A stretch of 64,000 nucleotides of DNA from contig JAPMXV010000035.1 in the NCBI GenBank assembly GCA_026936335.1, forward strand, positions 311,078-375,077, given 5' to 3'. The position numbers and the translations under genes are program-made. Every line of letters starts with the position of its first letter. Position 1 is the stretch's first letter. The DNA is from Mantamonas sphyraenae STR306 (taxonomy: Eukaryota; Protista; CRuMs). Below the pieces are notes generated by a model. The model saw only the letters and a program-made list of their open reading frames with translations, had not been told where the DNA came from and ran no database searches. Below are positions 25,264-35,489 of the stretch, piece by piece.

Positions 25264-25983
25264 ATGCCGGGAAAGGGCAAGCTGAAGCAGAAGCAACGAG
25301 GCAAGGGCAAACAACAGTCGCAAAGCGGAGCGTCTGGGTCGTCATCATCTTCTTCGTCGTCGTCTTCGGGCAAGGCAAGCAAGGGAAAGTCAAAGAACGA
25401 GCTGCGGAAGGAGGAGCTGCGGCGCGAAAACGAGAAGCTGGAGGTGATCAAGAATGCGCGTGCAAACACATCGCTGTTTGCGCTGTTCAACGCCTTTCAG
25501 GAGTACACAAAGGACGACACGACGGTACGCTTTGAGTACAAGAGCCCCGAAGAGATGAGCAAGGAGGAAGTGCAATGGGCGTTTGACCTGTGCAAACTGA
25601 ACATGGAAGAGATGTACAACGAGGGCTGGGGCTGGAATGACAACCGCAAGATGGGTGAGCTGACGGATGACAGCTCGCGCTTCTTGATTGGCTACGTGAC
25701 AGGCGAGGGAGAGGACGGCAAGGACGAGCCGGTGGCCTACTGCAACGTGGTTTTCGACCTGGATGACGACGGCAAGCTGATGCTGTACCTGATGGAGATC
25801 CAGCTGGAGGAGCGTATGCAGCGCAAAGGATTGGGAGAGAGGATGATGGTTGTGCTGGCACTGCTGGCCAAGCTGACCAAGATGGAGGTTGTGCGGCTCA
25901 CAGTTTTCACGCGTATGTCGTGCAGGGAGTATTGGAAGGCGAAGGATGTACACAACAGGCAGGGCGGATACTCACTCACTCGG

Positions 25984-26024
<41 letters not shown>

Positions 26025-26158
26025 GAACAGACAATCCGGGCGCGATGAAGTTTTATACAGAGAAGTTGGGGTACAAGCCGATGGCCAAGTCACCCAGCGT
26101 GCGTGACCCGGTGCACGCTGACCAGTACTGCTACGAGATGCTGGAGAAGGACGTGTGA
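25264..26158 (+). CDS. NAA40: N-alpha-acetyltransferase 40 (NatD) (exons 25264-25912, 26031-26158)
   Basis: WAFDLCKLNMEEMY...WGWND, LYLMEIQLE...RKGLG and LTVF|HNPGAMKFY...SP...YEML. Confidence 0.9.
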
Positions 26159-26197
26159 AGGTGTTGGAGGGGATTCGAGGACGTTTCAGCACAAATG

Positions 26198-27497
26198 TCA
26201 AGTGCCCCACATGTGGGCAAACAGCTCGTTGACAAAGTCCTCCTCGACACGCATGTTCACCGAATCATCCTCGGGAGCCATAAAATTCTCGAGCTTGTCG
26301 TGGACACGGTAGCTGAGGGTACGGCCCTTGGTCTTGCGTGCATACTCCTTGCGGCGGCGCGTGTTGCCTGCAAGCTGTTTGGCAGCCAACCAGTTGCGGC
26401 CCATGGCAATAGGATCTGCTCCGTTTGACTTTGCGTCGAGAAGCTGATGCAAAAGGCGTTCGTAAAAGTCTCCGTCGTCGTAGATGTTCGTAGTGTTCAG
26501 ATTGGCTGGCAGGGGTGGCAGAGACGCGTGCACGTTTGCTGCTGGGCGGAGCACCGATGATGCGTTCACGGCCGCGGTAAAGTTGGAAGCGTCGCTGCAC
26601 GCGTTCTTTGTCACGCATGGCATGGTCGATTTGGCGGACAATGCTCTGGTTGATGGCCTTGAACTTGCCTTCCGTAGCCACACGTGTCTTTTTGTCCCAC
26701 TTGTCGAGGGTGGTGTCAAAGAAAGGACGCTCTGCGCGTGATGTGCTGTCCATAAGCTTCCAAAGATCGCGTGGGCGTTTGCGAGAGCGCGCAAGGGGAG
26801 CTGCGTCGATTCCTTCGACCTTGCCCTCACTGAGTGCAAGCTTGAGCTCGAGAAGGTCGCCCGCAAGGCCGAGAGCAGCTTCCTGTGCTCGTTCAAAGGC
26901 CTGCCTGAGTTGGGGGGAGTGGTCGCGAAAGGAAGAATGCATAGAAGGCTGTGGGAAGCGGTGGGCGAGCTTGAGGGCACCCTGGAGCTTGATGCGGAGC
27001 TCCAGAGAGTTGTCCCACAGCTGCTGCTGCCTCAAAGCATGCTGTGCCTTTTCGTTATCCTGCCTGCGAGTCAAAGGCGGTCCCGAATGGGTCATGAGTG
27101 CAGGCGAGGGCGCACGGACGGAGGTTTCCAGGTCGTCATCGGAGGCGGAGGAAGCCGACGCGGACGAATCGGACGAGGCGGACGAGGCCTGGGAACGAGG
27201 AGAGGAGGGTGGAGAGGAGGAGGAAGAGGATTGGGATGAGGGAGAGGAGGGAGAGGATGCAGACGGGTGTTCGAGCTCGAGGTCTGCTCTGCTCGTGCGC
27301 TTGCCTGTGTAGCGACCTGTGAGGAAATCCGTGTGCATTTCGCGACGGCGAGAACGAGGTGTGGGCTCAAACTGCTCATCCATGACGTCGGCAGTGCTTC
27401 GCACAGTCTCGGGCATGTCTTGCTCGTCGTCTAGGTCGACGACATCCTTGGGGGTCGGATCGAGCAGGTCTGCGAGCTGGGAGGCGAGCGAGCTCAT
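26198..27497 (-). CDS. AATF: AATF/Bfr2 ribosome biogenesis factor (apparent frameshift near 26490)
   Basis: GRYTGKRTSR and QQQLWDNSLELRIKLQ; C-terminal TRAUB motifs IYDDGDFYERLL and KGRTLSYRVHDKLENFMAP in a second frame. Confidence 0.9.
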
Positions 27498-27574
27498 GGA
27501 GGTGGAGATTCGTTGGTGGGAAGAGCGCTGTGGGCTCCAAGCCAAAGCTTAGAAGCAACCAAACAGGGCCAGCA

Positions 27575-29302
27575 ATGTCGTTGTCGGTGAGTTCCAACCG
27601 ATTGGATGTATTTGTGAACCAGTTGACGGACAAGGCGGCGCTGAAGGAGTACGGTGACCACGGCCAATTCTCGGCTTGTGTGATCGGCGACGGGCAGCTG
27701 CTGCTGAGTGGTGGATACCACTATGGCAACCGAGTGTCGCACATGTTCAAGTTCAACGCAGATTTGATCAAGGTGCGCAAGATGCCCGTGCGTGGGCTGC
27801 AGCCACCCAAGGTGAATCTGCAAAAGAGCAAGCGGCAGGGGAGGCACGTGCTGCTGTTCGGAGGCTTTGTGCAGAACACACATCCAATCAACGAACTGTT
27901 GGTATTTGATCACGTGGCGGAGAGGTTTGTCACGGTGGAGTATGTGGACGGGGCGGAGGCAGTCGACGTGCAGTCGGTGCCTCTGGCGGAAGGGGAGGAG
28001 GAGGAGATCGAGGAGGAGTCGCTGGGGATGTCAGTGTGGCAGACGTTCTTTGGCAAGACAAAGACGAAGAAGGAAGTGCAGGCGAGGGAAGAGGAGACGA
28101 GCGGCGGGGTCGGAAACACTGCAGAAGAAGCGGAGGGCGAAGATGTGAAGGACAGGGTGGTTCGCGTCCACGGAGAGGTGCCCATTTCTCGTGGCTTTAC
28201 GACGTGTGTGCAGACGGCGGGGCGATTGATCTTCTTTGCAGGAAGGACAGGGGCAGAGTCGTCGAGCTCTGGGTGGACGCACGACAACGAGGTGTGGATG
28301 CTGCAGCCATACGCTTGCGAAGTGGACATTGATGGAGAGCTTGACGAGAACGAGACAGTATGGGAGTGGGAATGGGTCAAGGTGGAGACGGTGAACGAAG
28401 GGCCGCTGCCACGTGGCACGCACTGCGCGGGTCTGTTGAACGGACAGGGGATGTGGAAGCTGCTGCACGTGAATCAGGGTCACCCGACCATGGTTGTCTT
28501 TGGTGGGCGGACGGAAAAGGAGATTTTTGACGATCTGTGGCTGCTGGACTTGGTGACGTTGACGTGGAAGCAGATTGAGGCCGGCGAAGAGATGGAAGTG
28601 TACGACCCGCTAAAGAAGGAAAAGGAGGAAACCCAATTGACGCCTCGGCAAGTGGGGGGAGCGCAGGAGCAAGGCGTGATCAAGGTGCTGGGCGGCGAGA
28701 AGGATGCCGGGGAGGAGAGCGGCGAAAAGGGGAAGAGTAGCAAGGGCAAGGAAAGCACGGAGAGCAAGAAGCATGCAGGATTCTGGCCATGCGCAAGGGC
28801 TTACCTGAGTGCACAGGTGGTGTACGATTATGTGTTGCTTGTGATTGGCGGAGGGGACACGACGTCGCCGACGCGCTTCGGCCAGGACGTGATCGGATTC
28901 AACTTCTTGACGATGAAGTGGAACCACGCACACATTCACATGAACACAGAGCCGATGGGCATTGACAAGGGGGACGTGTACTTGGAGCCTCCGAAAGTGA
29001 ACAGCGACACGGTGTGGGCTCTGCGGAACCGCGTGTACGTGTACGGCTCTCCGTCGGGCAGCTTTGACTTTGTGCTGTGGCAGATGAACGTGAAGCCTCC
29101 GGAGTGGAACATGGATGTGCACCAGTACTACCCGTTGCGGTTCAAGCAGGTTGTAAAGACCCTGCTGCTGATCTGGTACCGCGAAGAGTACATGGACGAC
29201 GACGTGTTTCCGCTGAACGAGGTGCCCTTTGAGGTGCTGGAGCGGATCATTGCCATGTTGAGTTTGGATCTGGGGATGTGGGGGGACCAGGATGCGTGGT
29301 GA
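27575..29302 (+). CDS. Kelch-repeat protein with conserved C-terminal module
   Basis: LLSGG, LLFGG, MVVFGG...FDDLWLLDL and LVIGG repeats; C-terminal WNMDVHQYYP...VPFEVLERII. Confidence 0.85.
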   Translation: MSLSVSSNRLDVFVNQLTDKAALKEYGDHGQFSACVIGDGQLLLSGGYHYGNRVSHMFKFNADLIKVRKMPVRGLQPPKVNLQKSKRQGRHVLLFGGFVQNTHPINELLVFDHVAERFVTVEYVDGAEAVDVQSVPLAEGEEEEIEEESLGMSVWQTFFGKTKTKKEVQAREEETSGGVGNTAEEAEGEDVKDRVVRVHGEVPISRGFTTCVQTAGRLIFFAGRTGAESSSSGWTHDNEVWMLQPYACEVDIDGELDENETVWEWEWVKVETVNEGPLPRGTHCAGLLNGQGMWKLLHVNQGHPTMVVFGGRTEKEIFDDLWLLDLVTLTWKQIEAGEEMEVYDPLKKEKEETQLTPRQVGGAQEQGVIKVLGGEKDAGEESGEKGKSSKGKESTESKKHAGFWPCARAYLSAQVVYDYVLLVIGGGDTTSPTRFGQDVIGFNFLTMKWNHAHIHMNTEPMGIDKGDVYLEPPKVNSDTVWALRNRVYVYGSPSGSFDFVLWQMNVKPPEWNMDVHQYYPLRFKQVVKTLLLIWYREEYMDDDVFPLNEVPFEVLERIIAMLSLDLGMWGDQDAW

Positions 29303-29339
29303 GGGCCACGTGAACTGAACGACCGCCGAATTGAAAACG

Positions 29340-30503
29340 ATGTCGACCAAATCAGCAAGCTTTGTTGTGGATGGACTGCGCACAGCAGTGGGCAAGGGCA
29401 AGCCTGGAGGAGCACTGCATGGGATTGCGCCTGGTTTGCTGTTGTCGCAGACGTTGGAGGGCCTGCTGGCACGCAACAGCGAGATTGCGAAAGAAGACGT
29501 TGGAGACGTGATGACGGGCTGTGTGACGCCCGTGGGGCCCCAGGGAGGAAACATCGCGCGTCTGGCAACCCTGCACAGTGGGATGCCGCACACGGTGCCC
29601 GCGACGACAATCAACCGCATGTGTGGCAGCAGCCAAACGGCATTGAACTTGGTTTCGGCCGCTGTGGAGGCCGGCGACTACGACGTGGGCCTGGCCAGCG
29701 GCATTGAGATGCTCTCCACGGTGCCCTTTTTCGCAGACTGCGACGGATATCTGATGAACAACAAGGAACCCGATGCGTTCCTGAGGTCGATGCCCGTGAA
29801 GCTGCTGCACCAGGGAGTGTCGGCTGAGTTGGTCGCAGAAAAGTACGGCGTGACGCGAGAGGAGTGTGAGGTTTACAGCGCTCGCTCGCACGAAAAGGCA
29901 CTGGCACAGGACAGCGAGGCGCTGAAGGCGCAGGTGTTGGCGGTGGAGAACCCTGTGTCGGGAACGACGGTGACGCAGGACGAAGGTGTCCGCGCTCCGG
30001 ACCTGTCCAAGCTGGCAGAGTTGAAGTCAGTGTTTAAGGAAGGAGGAGTGGTGACGGCCGGCACAGCAAGCCAGATCAGCGACGGTGCGGCAGCGGTGCT
30101 GGTGTGCAGCGAGGAGTACGCGACGCGGAAGAACCTGGCGCCCAAAGCACGCGTGGTGTCGCGTGCTGTGGTCGGCTCGGACCCGGAGCTGATGCTTGAC
30201 GGCATCCCTGCAGCAGCGCGCAAGGCCTTGGCTGCAGCCGGATTGGGCGTGGGCGAAATTGACCACTTCGAGATCAACGAGGCATTTGCGTGTGTGGTTC
30301 TCGCCTTTGCAAAGGACATGGATGTGGACCTGGACCTGATCAACGGGTTCGGAGGAGCCATTGCACATGGCCATCCTACTGGCGCAACGGGTGCAATTCT
30401 GGCCACCAAGATTGTGCACAGTGTTCCTTCGGGCAGCAAGGTGCTGCAGGGCATGTGCATTGGACATGGCCAGGCGATTGCGACGGTGTATGAGATCATG
30501 TGA
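29340..30503 (+). CDS. Thiolase (acetyl-CoA C-acyltransferase)
   Basis: Catalytic motifs NRMCGSS, EINEAFA, GGAIAHGHPTGATG and MCIGHG; intronless. Confidence 0.95.
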   Translation: MSTKSASFVVDGLRTAVGKGKPGGALHGIAPGLLLSQTLEGLLARNSEIAKEDVGDVMTGCVTPVGPQGGNIARLATLHSGMPHTVPATTINRMCGSSQTALNLVSAAVEAGDYDVGLASGIEMLSTVPFFADCDGYLMNNKEPDAFLRSMPVKLLHQGVSAELVAEKYGVTREECEVYSARSHEKALAQDSEALKAQVLAVENPVSGTTVTQDEGVRAPDLSKLAELKSVFKEGGVVTAGTASQISDGAAAVLVCSEEYATRKNLAPKARVVSRAVVGSDPELMLDGIPAAARKALAAAGLGVGEIDHFEINEAFACVVLAFAKDMDVDLDLINGFGGAIAHGHPTGATGAILATKIVHSVPSGSKVLQGMCIGHGQAIATVYEIM

Positions 30504-30560
30504 GGGGTGCGACGGTTGTGGAAAGTGGAAAGTGGAAAACAACGGTGTTTGGACAAGGAA

Positions 30561-33140
30561 TCAGGTTGTTGTTGGATCAGCGGGGGAATCGACCGCTTCT
30601 CCCGCGTCTTGTGCGCTGTCGTCGTTGTCCTCAGTGTCGTCGTCGCTGTTGATGGCGGTGTCGAGCTCGTGGACTACCTCGGTGACCTTGCTGGCGACGT
30701 CTTTGCCAACAACTTCTTCGATTTCGGCTGTGACGGTGTCCGCGTCGACGGATTGCAGCTGCTGCTTGAATTTGGGCCAGTAGGACTGGACGAGGCCGTT
30801 CATGGTTTGAGTCAGGGATTCAAGGTGTTCCTGCAACTCCTCGGTGAGCTTCTCCTGCACGGCAATGCGAATGTTGTCCTGGAAAACGTTGAGTAGGAAG
30901 TTGTACAGCCAGCTTGCAGCGTTGCCGAGAACCACGACCTCGAGTTCGGTGATTGCGACCATGATGGTTTCGACTTCGACCTGCAGGAGACGCTCGGCAC
31001 CCTCGCCTGCGTCGGCAGCAAAAATGTGGAAGCTTAGCTCGGCGGTGCCACCCTGAACAATGGCGTTTGCGCGGCCGTCGTCCTCGAGGCCAGGGAAGCT
31101 CTGCTTGATGTAGTGCCAGTGGAAATCGTTGAGGACAGCATGGATTTCTGTGACGCTGATGGTGATGCGGCGACCAAAGTCGACGTTTACGCCCGAGGTC
31201 GGAATCTGCAGGCCGGAAAACACGAGTTCGTCGAGGCGATATTCAAACGAGCCGACGACGGTTTCCTCGACCTCCTCGATGGCCGGGATGTCGACTTTCA
31301 TCATCTCGTCGCGCACATAGGAGACAATGACGTCCTTGATCTCTTCAATAAACACACGGTTCTGCTCGAGGAAGAGCTGGAACTCTTCCTGGTTGCGGAG
31401 GTCGGTGGCAAGGTCCTTGCCTTCGCCGAGGACCTCTTGCATGTCCTGGCCAATGAGCCGCGTGAAAACGCCCTTGCCACGCTCGACAAGCATGCGGGAC
31501 TCGTCTGACTCGCGGACCTGGTGATAGAGGGAGCGACCAAGTTTGCTGACGTCGTCAAAGTCGGTGGAGAGAGATTCGCGGAGCTCGGGATCGTCTTCGC
31601 CGGACATGAGGCGGTCCTGGTCGACGCCTTTGAGGCGGCGGAGCACACGCTTGCCGCGCTCGCGCAGCTGGTGGTATTCGTCGCGCTGCTTGATCTGGTC
31701 GAGGACGACCTCGCCGCTTTCGAGGACCTGCTTGATTTCCTCATCCTTTTCGAGGATCTGCTTGCCCGTGGAGACGAGGCTGCGTGCATGTTCGTTCTCG
31801 ATGACATTGGTGACGACAAGTTCGCGTGCGCGTGCGGCAGCGTCCTGGTTCTGGGCCCAAGCTGTCTTGACCAGCTCCTCGGCATGGTCTGCAGCCTGCT
31901 TGAGGGAGTCCTTGTCGACGGCCTTGCGCTGAACGACGGCTTTGATGACGTCTGTGCCTGTCTCCTTGAGATGTGTGTAGTGCTCGGAGGCCTGGGCCTC
32001 CTGGATGGCCAGTTTTGTGGAGTCGAGGAGGGCCTTGCCGTCACTGGCGTAGGCCTGGCGCAGGTCCTCGAGGAGCTGCTCGCTTGGTTCTTCGAGCTGC
32101 TTGAGGAGTTCGTTGCGCTTGGCGACGTCTTTGGTGCGGTCGAGAAGGGCACGGACACGTTCGTTGTCCTTGACTTCGTTGAAGAGGCTGCTCCCTCGGT
32201 CGACGATGAACTGCCCCTCGTTGCGGAGGAGGACAAGCTTGAAGGAGTTGACGCGTGCCTCGTCATCGAGGTCATCTGCGTCAATGGAGGAGTCTGCGTC
32301 TGTGCTGGGGCTGCCAAAGAGCTGGCGGTGAAGATCGTTGTTTGCTCGCTGCTCGTGGAGGCGCTTGAATTTGATGAAGCAGGCGTTGCAGACGGTGATG
32401 TCGTCGTTGTCAGGATGCTTGTGGAAGCGAACAGTGGTTGTTTCACCGCAAGCGGCGCACATTTTGCCGCTGTCAATGAGTTCCTTCTGCTGACGGAGAA
32501 TGGCTTGCTGGAGGTCCTTGAAACAGTCTTCGCAGAAGAGCTGGTGGTTACGGGCATGTTTCTTCCAGGAGCGTGATGATGTGGTGTGGCACTGGGAGCA
32601 GGTCGGGGTCGGGTGGGCAGATGAGGAGGCAGACGGGGCGTCGGAAGGGAGGTCTGTGGAGGCGGACGTGGCTGACTCGGCCTTGGGCTTTGTGTTGCCG
32701 TTGCGCTTCATGGTGTGGAAGCAGTTGCTGCAAAGATAGGTGTTTGTTTTCGGGTTGCGCTGTCGGGGCGAGGCAGGGGAGAGACGGAACGGGAGGTGGG
32801 CGCGTGGAGGAAGGCGGGCGGGAGGGTGAGTGGACAGGAGGGCATCAGACAAGGCCGTGGAGGCGAGGACGGCAGCGTACCTTCCAATTAGTCGAGGTTG
32901 TGGTCTGGCATTTGATGCAAACAGGACCGGAGGAGGAGGAGGAGGAGGAAGAGGAGGAGGAGGAGGTGGTGGTGGAGTCGGAGGCTGTGGTGGAGAGGCA
33001 GCAGCTTTGCGCTGCTTAAGACGAGCCTGTGTGGCTGCAAAACAGTCGCCACAGAGGAACTGGCCCGTCTTTGGATTCTTTTTCCACTTTGTGCTGGTGG
33101 TTGTCTGGCACTGCTTGCAGACGGGGCCTGTGCCGGACAT
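30561..33140 (-). CDS. Four GATA-type Cys4 zinc fingers + helical region + BPI/TULIP (HAM1-like) C-terminal domain (intron 32880-32760; apparent -1 frameshift near 32995)
   Basis: CxxC-x18/19-CxxC units. The second finger (CIKCQTTTSTNWK|RNPKTNTYLCSNC) appears only after frameshift correction and splicing. C-terminal IPAIE...FHWHYIKQSFPGLEDDGRA...SWLYNFLLNVF. Confidence 0.7.
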   Translation of the reverse strand: MSGTGPVCKQCQTTTSTKWKKNPKTGQFLCGDCFAATQARLKQRKAAASPPQPPTPPPPPPPPLPPPPPPPVLFASNARPQPRLIGRYAAVLASTALSDALLSTHPPARLPPRAHLPFRLSPASPRQRNPKTNTYLCSNCFHTMKRNGNTKPKAESATSASTDLPSDAPSASSSAHPTPTCSQCHTTSSRSWKKHARNHQLFCEDCFKDLQQAILRQQKELIDSGKMCAACGETTTVRFHKHPDNDDITVCNACFIKFKRLHEQRANNDLHRQLFGSPSTDADSSIDADDLDDEARVNSFKLVLLRNEGQFIVDRGSSLFNEVKDNERVRALLDRTKDVAKRNELLKQLEEPSEQLLEDLRQAYASDGKALLDSTKLAIQEAQASEHYTHLKETGTDVIKAVVQRKAVDKDSLKQAADHAEELVKTAWAQNQDAAARARELVVTNVIENEHARSLVSTGKQILEKDEEIKQVLESGEVVLDQIKQRDEYHQLRERGKRVLRRLKGVDQDRLMSGEDDPELRESLSTDFDDVSKLGRSLYHQVRESDESRMLVERGKGVFTRLIGQDMQEVLGEGKDLATDLRNQEEFQLFLEQNRVFIEEIKDVIVSYVRDEMMKVDIPAIEEVEETVVGSFEYRLDELVFSGLQIPTSGVNVDFGRRITISVTEIHAVLNDFHWHYIKQSFPGLEDDGRANAIVQGGTAELSFHIFAADAGEGAERLLQVEVETIMVAITELEVVVLGNAASWLYNFLLNVFQDNIRIAVQEKLTEELQEHLESLTQTMNGLVQSYWPKFKQQLQSVDADTVTAEIEEVVGKDVASKVTEVVHELDTAINSDDDTEDNDDSAQDAGEAVDSPADPTTT

Positions 33141-33188
33141 GGGATGGCAGCGGAAAAGGTTTGCGCAAACGGCGGCAGACCAAAGACA

Positions 33189-35409
33189 ATGACGCAAGCG
33201 TACAATCGTGTGAACCGACTGTTGGCACACTTGAGCCCAGAATGGGAGGTTGTGGAGGTGGAGACGGTGGAGGTGGGTGGAAAGGGCAGTTCGGAAGGGG
33301 TTGGGATGCGGCGGGAACAGATGCTGGCACTGCGCAAGTGGCTGGACGGACCGTACCACGAGCTGAAGGACAAGGTGAGAGAGCATGTGCGCAACACAGA
33401 AATCTTCCACTCGAAGCTGGACGAGACAATGACGCTGGCGGAGGAACGCAAGCTTGCGTTGGAGCGCATGCGTGCGTACTACGCCCCGCAGTGGATCTCA
33501 CCTTCGGAGATGGCACGCAACGTGGAGATTGTACTTGCGGTGGGCGAACCGGCCAATTGGGTGGACATGTCGCTGGCGACCAAAGCTGGGGCGCACGCGT
33601 TTTTGTTCGGAGGAGCACTCGCACTGCTGGGCAGCGAAGAGCAGCAGGAACGCATGCTGCCTGCAGCTGCGCGGCTGGAAACGATTGGTTGTTTTGCGAT
33701 GACGGAGCGAGGTAGGTTGGATAGGCGAGAGGGGGCGTGGAAATAGGAGTGGGGCGAGTGTGACGTGGATGGTTCGCGAGTTTTTGCTTGGGCCGTGAGT
33801 TTTTCTTGTTGTCAGCAAGGGGCCCGCTGACATGGGAGCGGGCTGGACGTGGCGCACAGGACACGGGAGCAACGTGAGGTCTTTGGAGACGGTTGCCGAG
33901 TACGACCAGGAGAGCGGAGAGTTTGTGATCAACACACCGTCGGACAGTGCGGAGAAGTGGTACATTGGGAATGCACTGAGCGCACAGATGGCGGCCGTGT
34001 TTGCACAGCTGATTGTGAACGGGGAGAATCATGGGCCGCACGTATTTGCAGTGCCCATCCGTGATGAGGAAGGCCGTGTGGTGGACGGGGTCACAGTGAC
34101 GGACAACGGGACGAAGGGCGGGATCAACGGCGTTGACAACGGGCGCCTGCGGTTCAAGGACGTGCGTGTGCCTCGCCTGAACATGCTCAGTCGGTTTGGG
34201 TATGTGGACGAGCGCGGACGTTACAGCAGTCCTGTGTCCAACGTGAACAAGCGATTCTTTGACATGCTGTGTAAGTGGTGGACGCGGGTTGGAAGTGAGT
34301 GGAGGGAGGGTGGGGCAAGGAGGAGGGAAATGGGACTGACACGGTTTGGTGCTGTGCATGGATCAGCTGCATTGACGCCCACCCGTTGTGCGGTGGTGCT
34401 GAGCGCCATTGCGGCGCTCAAGGTTGGCCACAACGTGGCGATCCGATACGCGCACAAGCGGCGACAATTTGCGGCAAAGAAGAACGCAGCAGAAACGAGG
34501 CTGATTGACTACTCAAGCCATCGACTGCTGTTGCTGCCGGACCTGGCGACAAACTTTGCTCTTGTGGCCGCGCTGCGTGCGGTGATCAAGCAGTGGCACG
34601 GAAGGTCGTTGCGCACGGAGCGGCAGGTGGTTGCGCACGTGAGTGGACTGAAAGCGTACGCGACTTGGCTGGCTGTGGACTCGCTGCAGAGGTGCCGTGA
34701 GTGCTGCGGTGGCGCAGGGTTCTTGGCGGTGAACCAGCTGGTGGTGCGACGTGCGGCGGCAGACGTGGGTACGACATGGGAGGGTAGCAACGGGATTCTG
34801 GTGCAGGTGGTGGCCAAGTATGCGCTGGATCGGTTCATGCGGCCGATTCTGAAGGGCAACCTGGGCGCGGTGGGAAGCGTGCTGGCAACGGCGATCCGGC
34901 GTTCGATCAACTACAACCTGAGTGTGTGGGATTACTATCCGTCGGACGAGGAGATCATGTCGAGCAAGTTTGTGCTGAACGCATGGGAGTTTGCGGAGCA
35001 GTGCATGGTGGCCGACGTGGCTGTGCGCTTGCGGTCGCTGATGGGTTCGATGGGCAGGGCCAAGGCGTGGAACCAGTGTCTGCCCGAGCTGAACGAGGTG
35101 GCGATGGTGCACATGGAGAGTGTGATTGCACAGCACTTTGTGGCATCGATCAAGAGCCTGCCGAAGGGCCACCTGCGGACGACTCTGCGGCTGCTGTTTC
35201 GCCTGCACAGCATGCACCGACTGCACCAGCGCCGCGCGTGGTTTGTGGAGCAGCGCTACTTCAACCCGCACACGAGTCGTCGCCTGCTGCACATCACGCA
35301 GAACCTGGCGGACAAGGTGCAACCGATCTCGCTGGACCTTGTGGAGAGCTTTGGCGTTCCGGACGAGGTGCTGGGAGCGCCGATTGCGTGCGACGACAGT
35401 GTGTTCTGA
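33189..35409 (+). CDS. Peroxisomal acyl-CoA oxidase (exons 33189-33711, 33860-34270, 34367-35409)
   Basis: GCFAMTE|GHGSNV, KWYIGN, GVDNG, CRECCGG and TWEG motifs; N-terminal PTS2 (RVNRLLAHL). Confidence 0.93.
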
Positions 35410-35489
35410 GTGTGGTGAGAGGGAGGAGACGCATAGAGAATGGAGGCAGATGGTGCGGTGGGTTGGGCAGGTCAAGTTGTGAACGAACG

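Noticed and set aside
34926-35489. N-terminal extension of the 1037-aa LeuRS ORF
   Set aside because: It overlaps the acyl-CoA oxidase CDS in another frame; ATG 35490 gives a plausible presequence.
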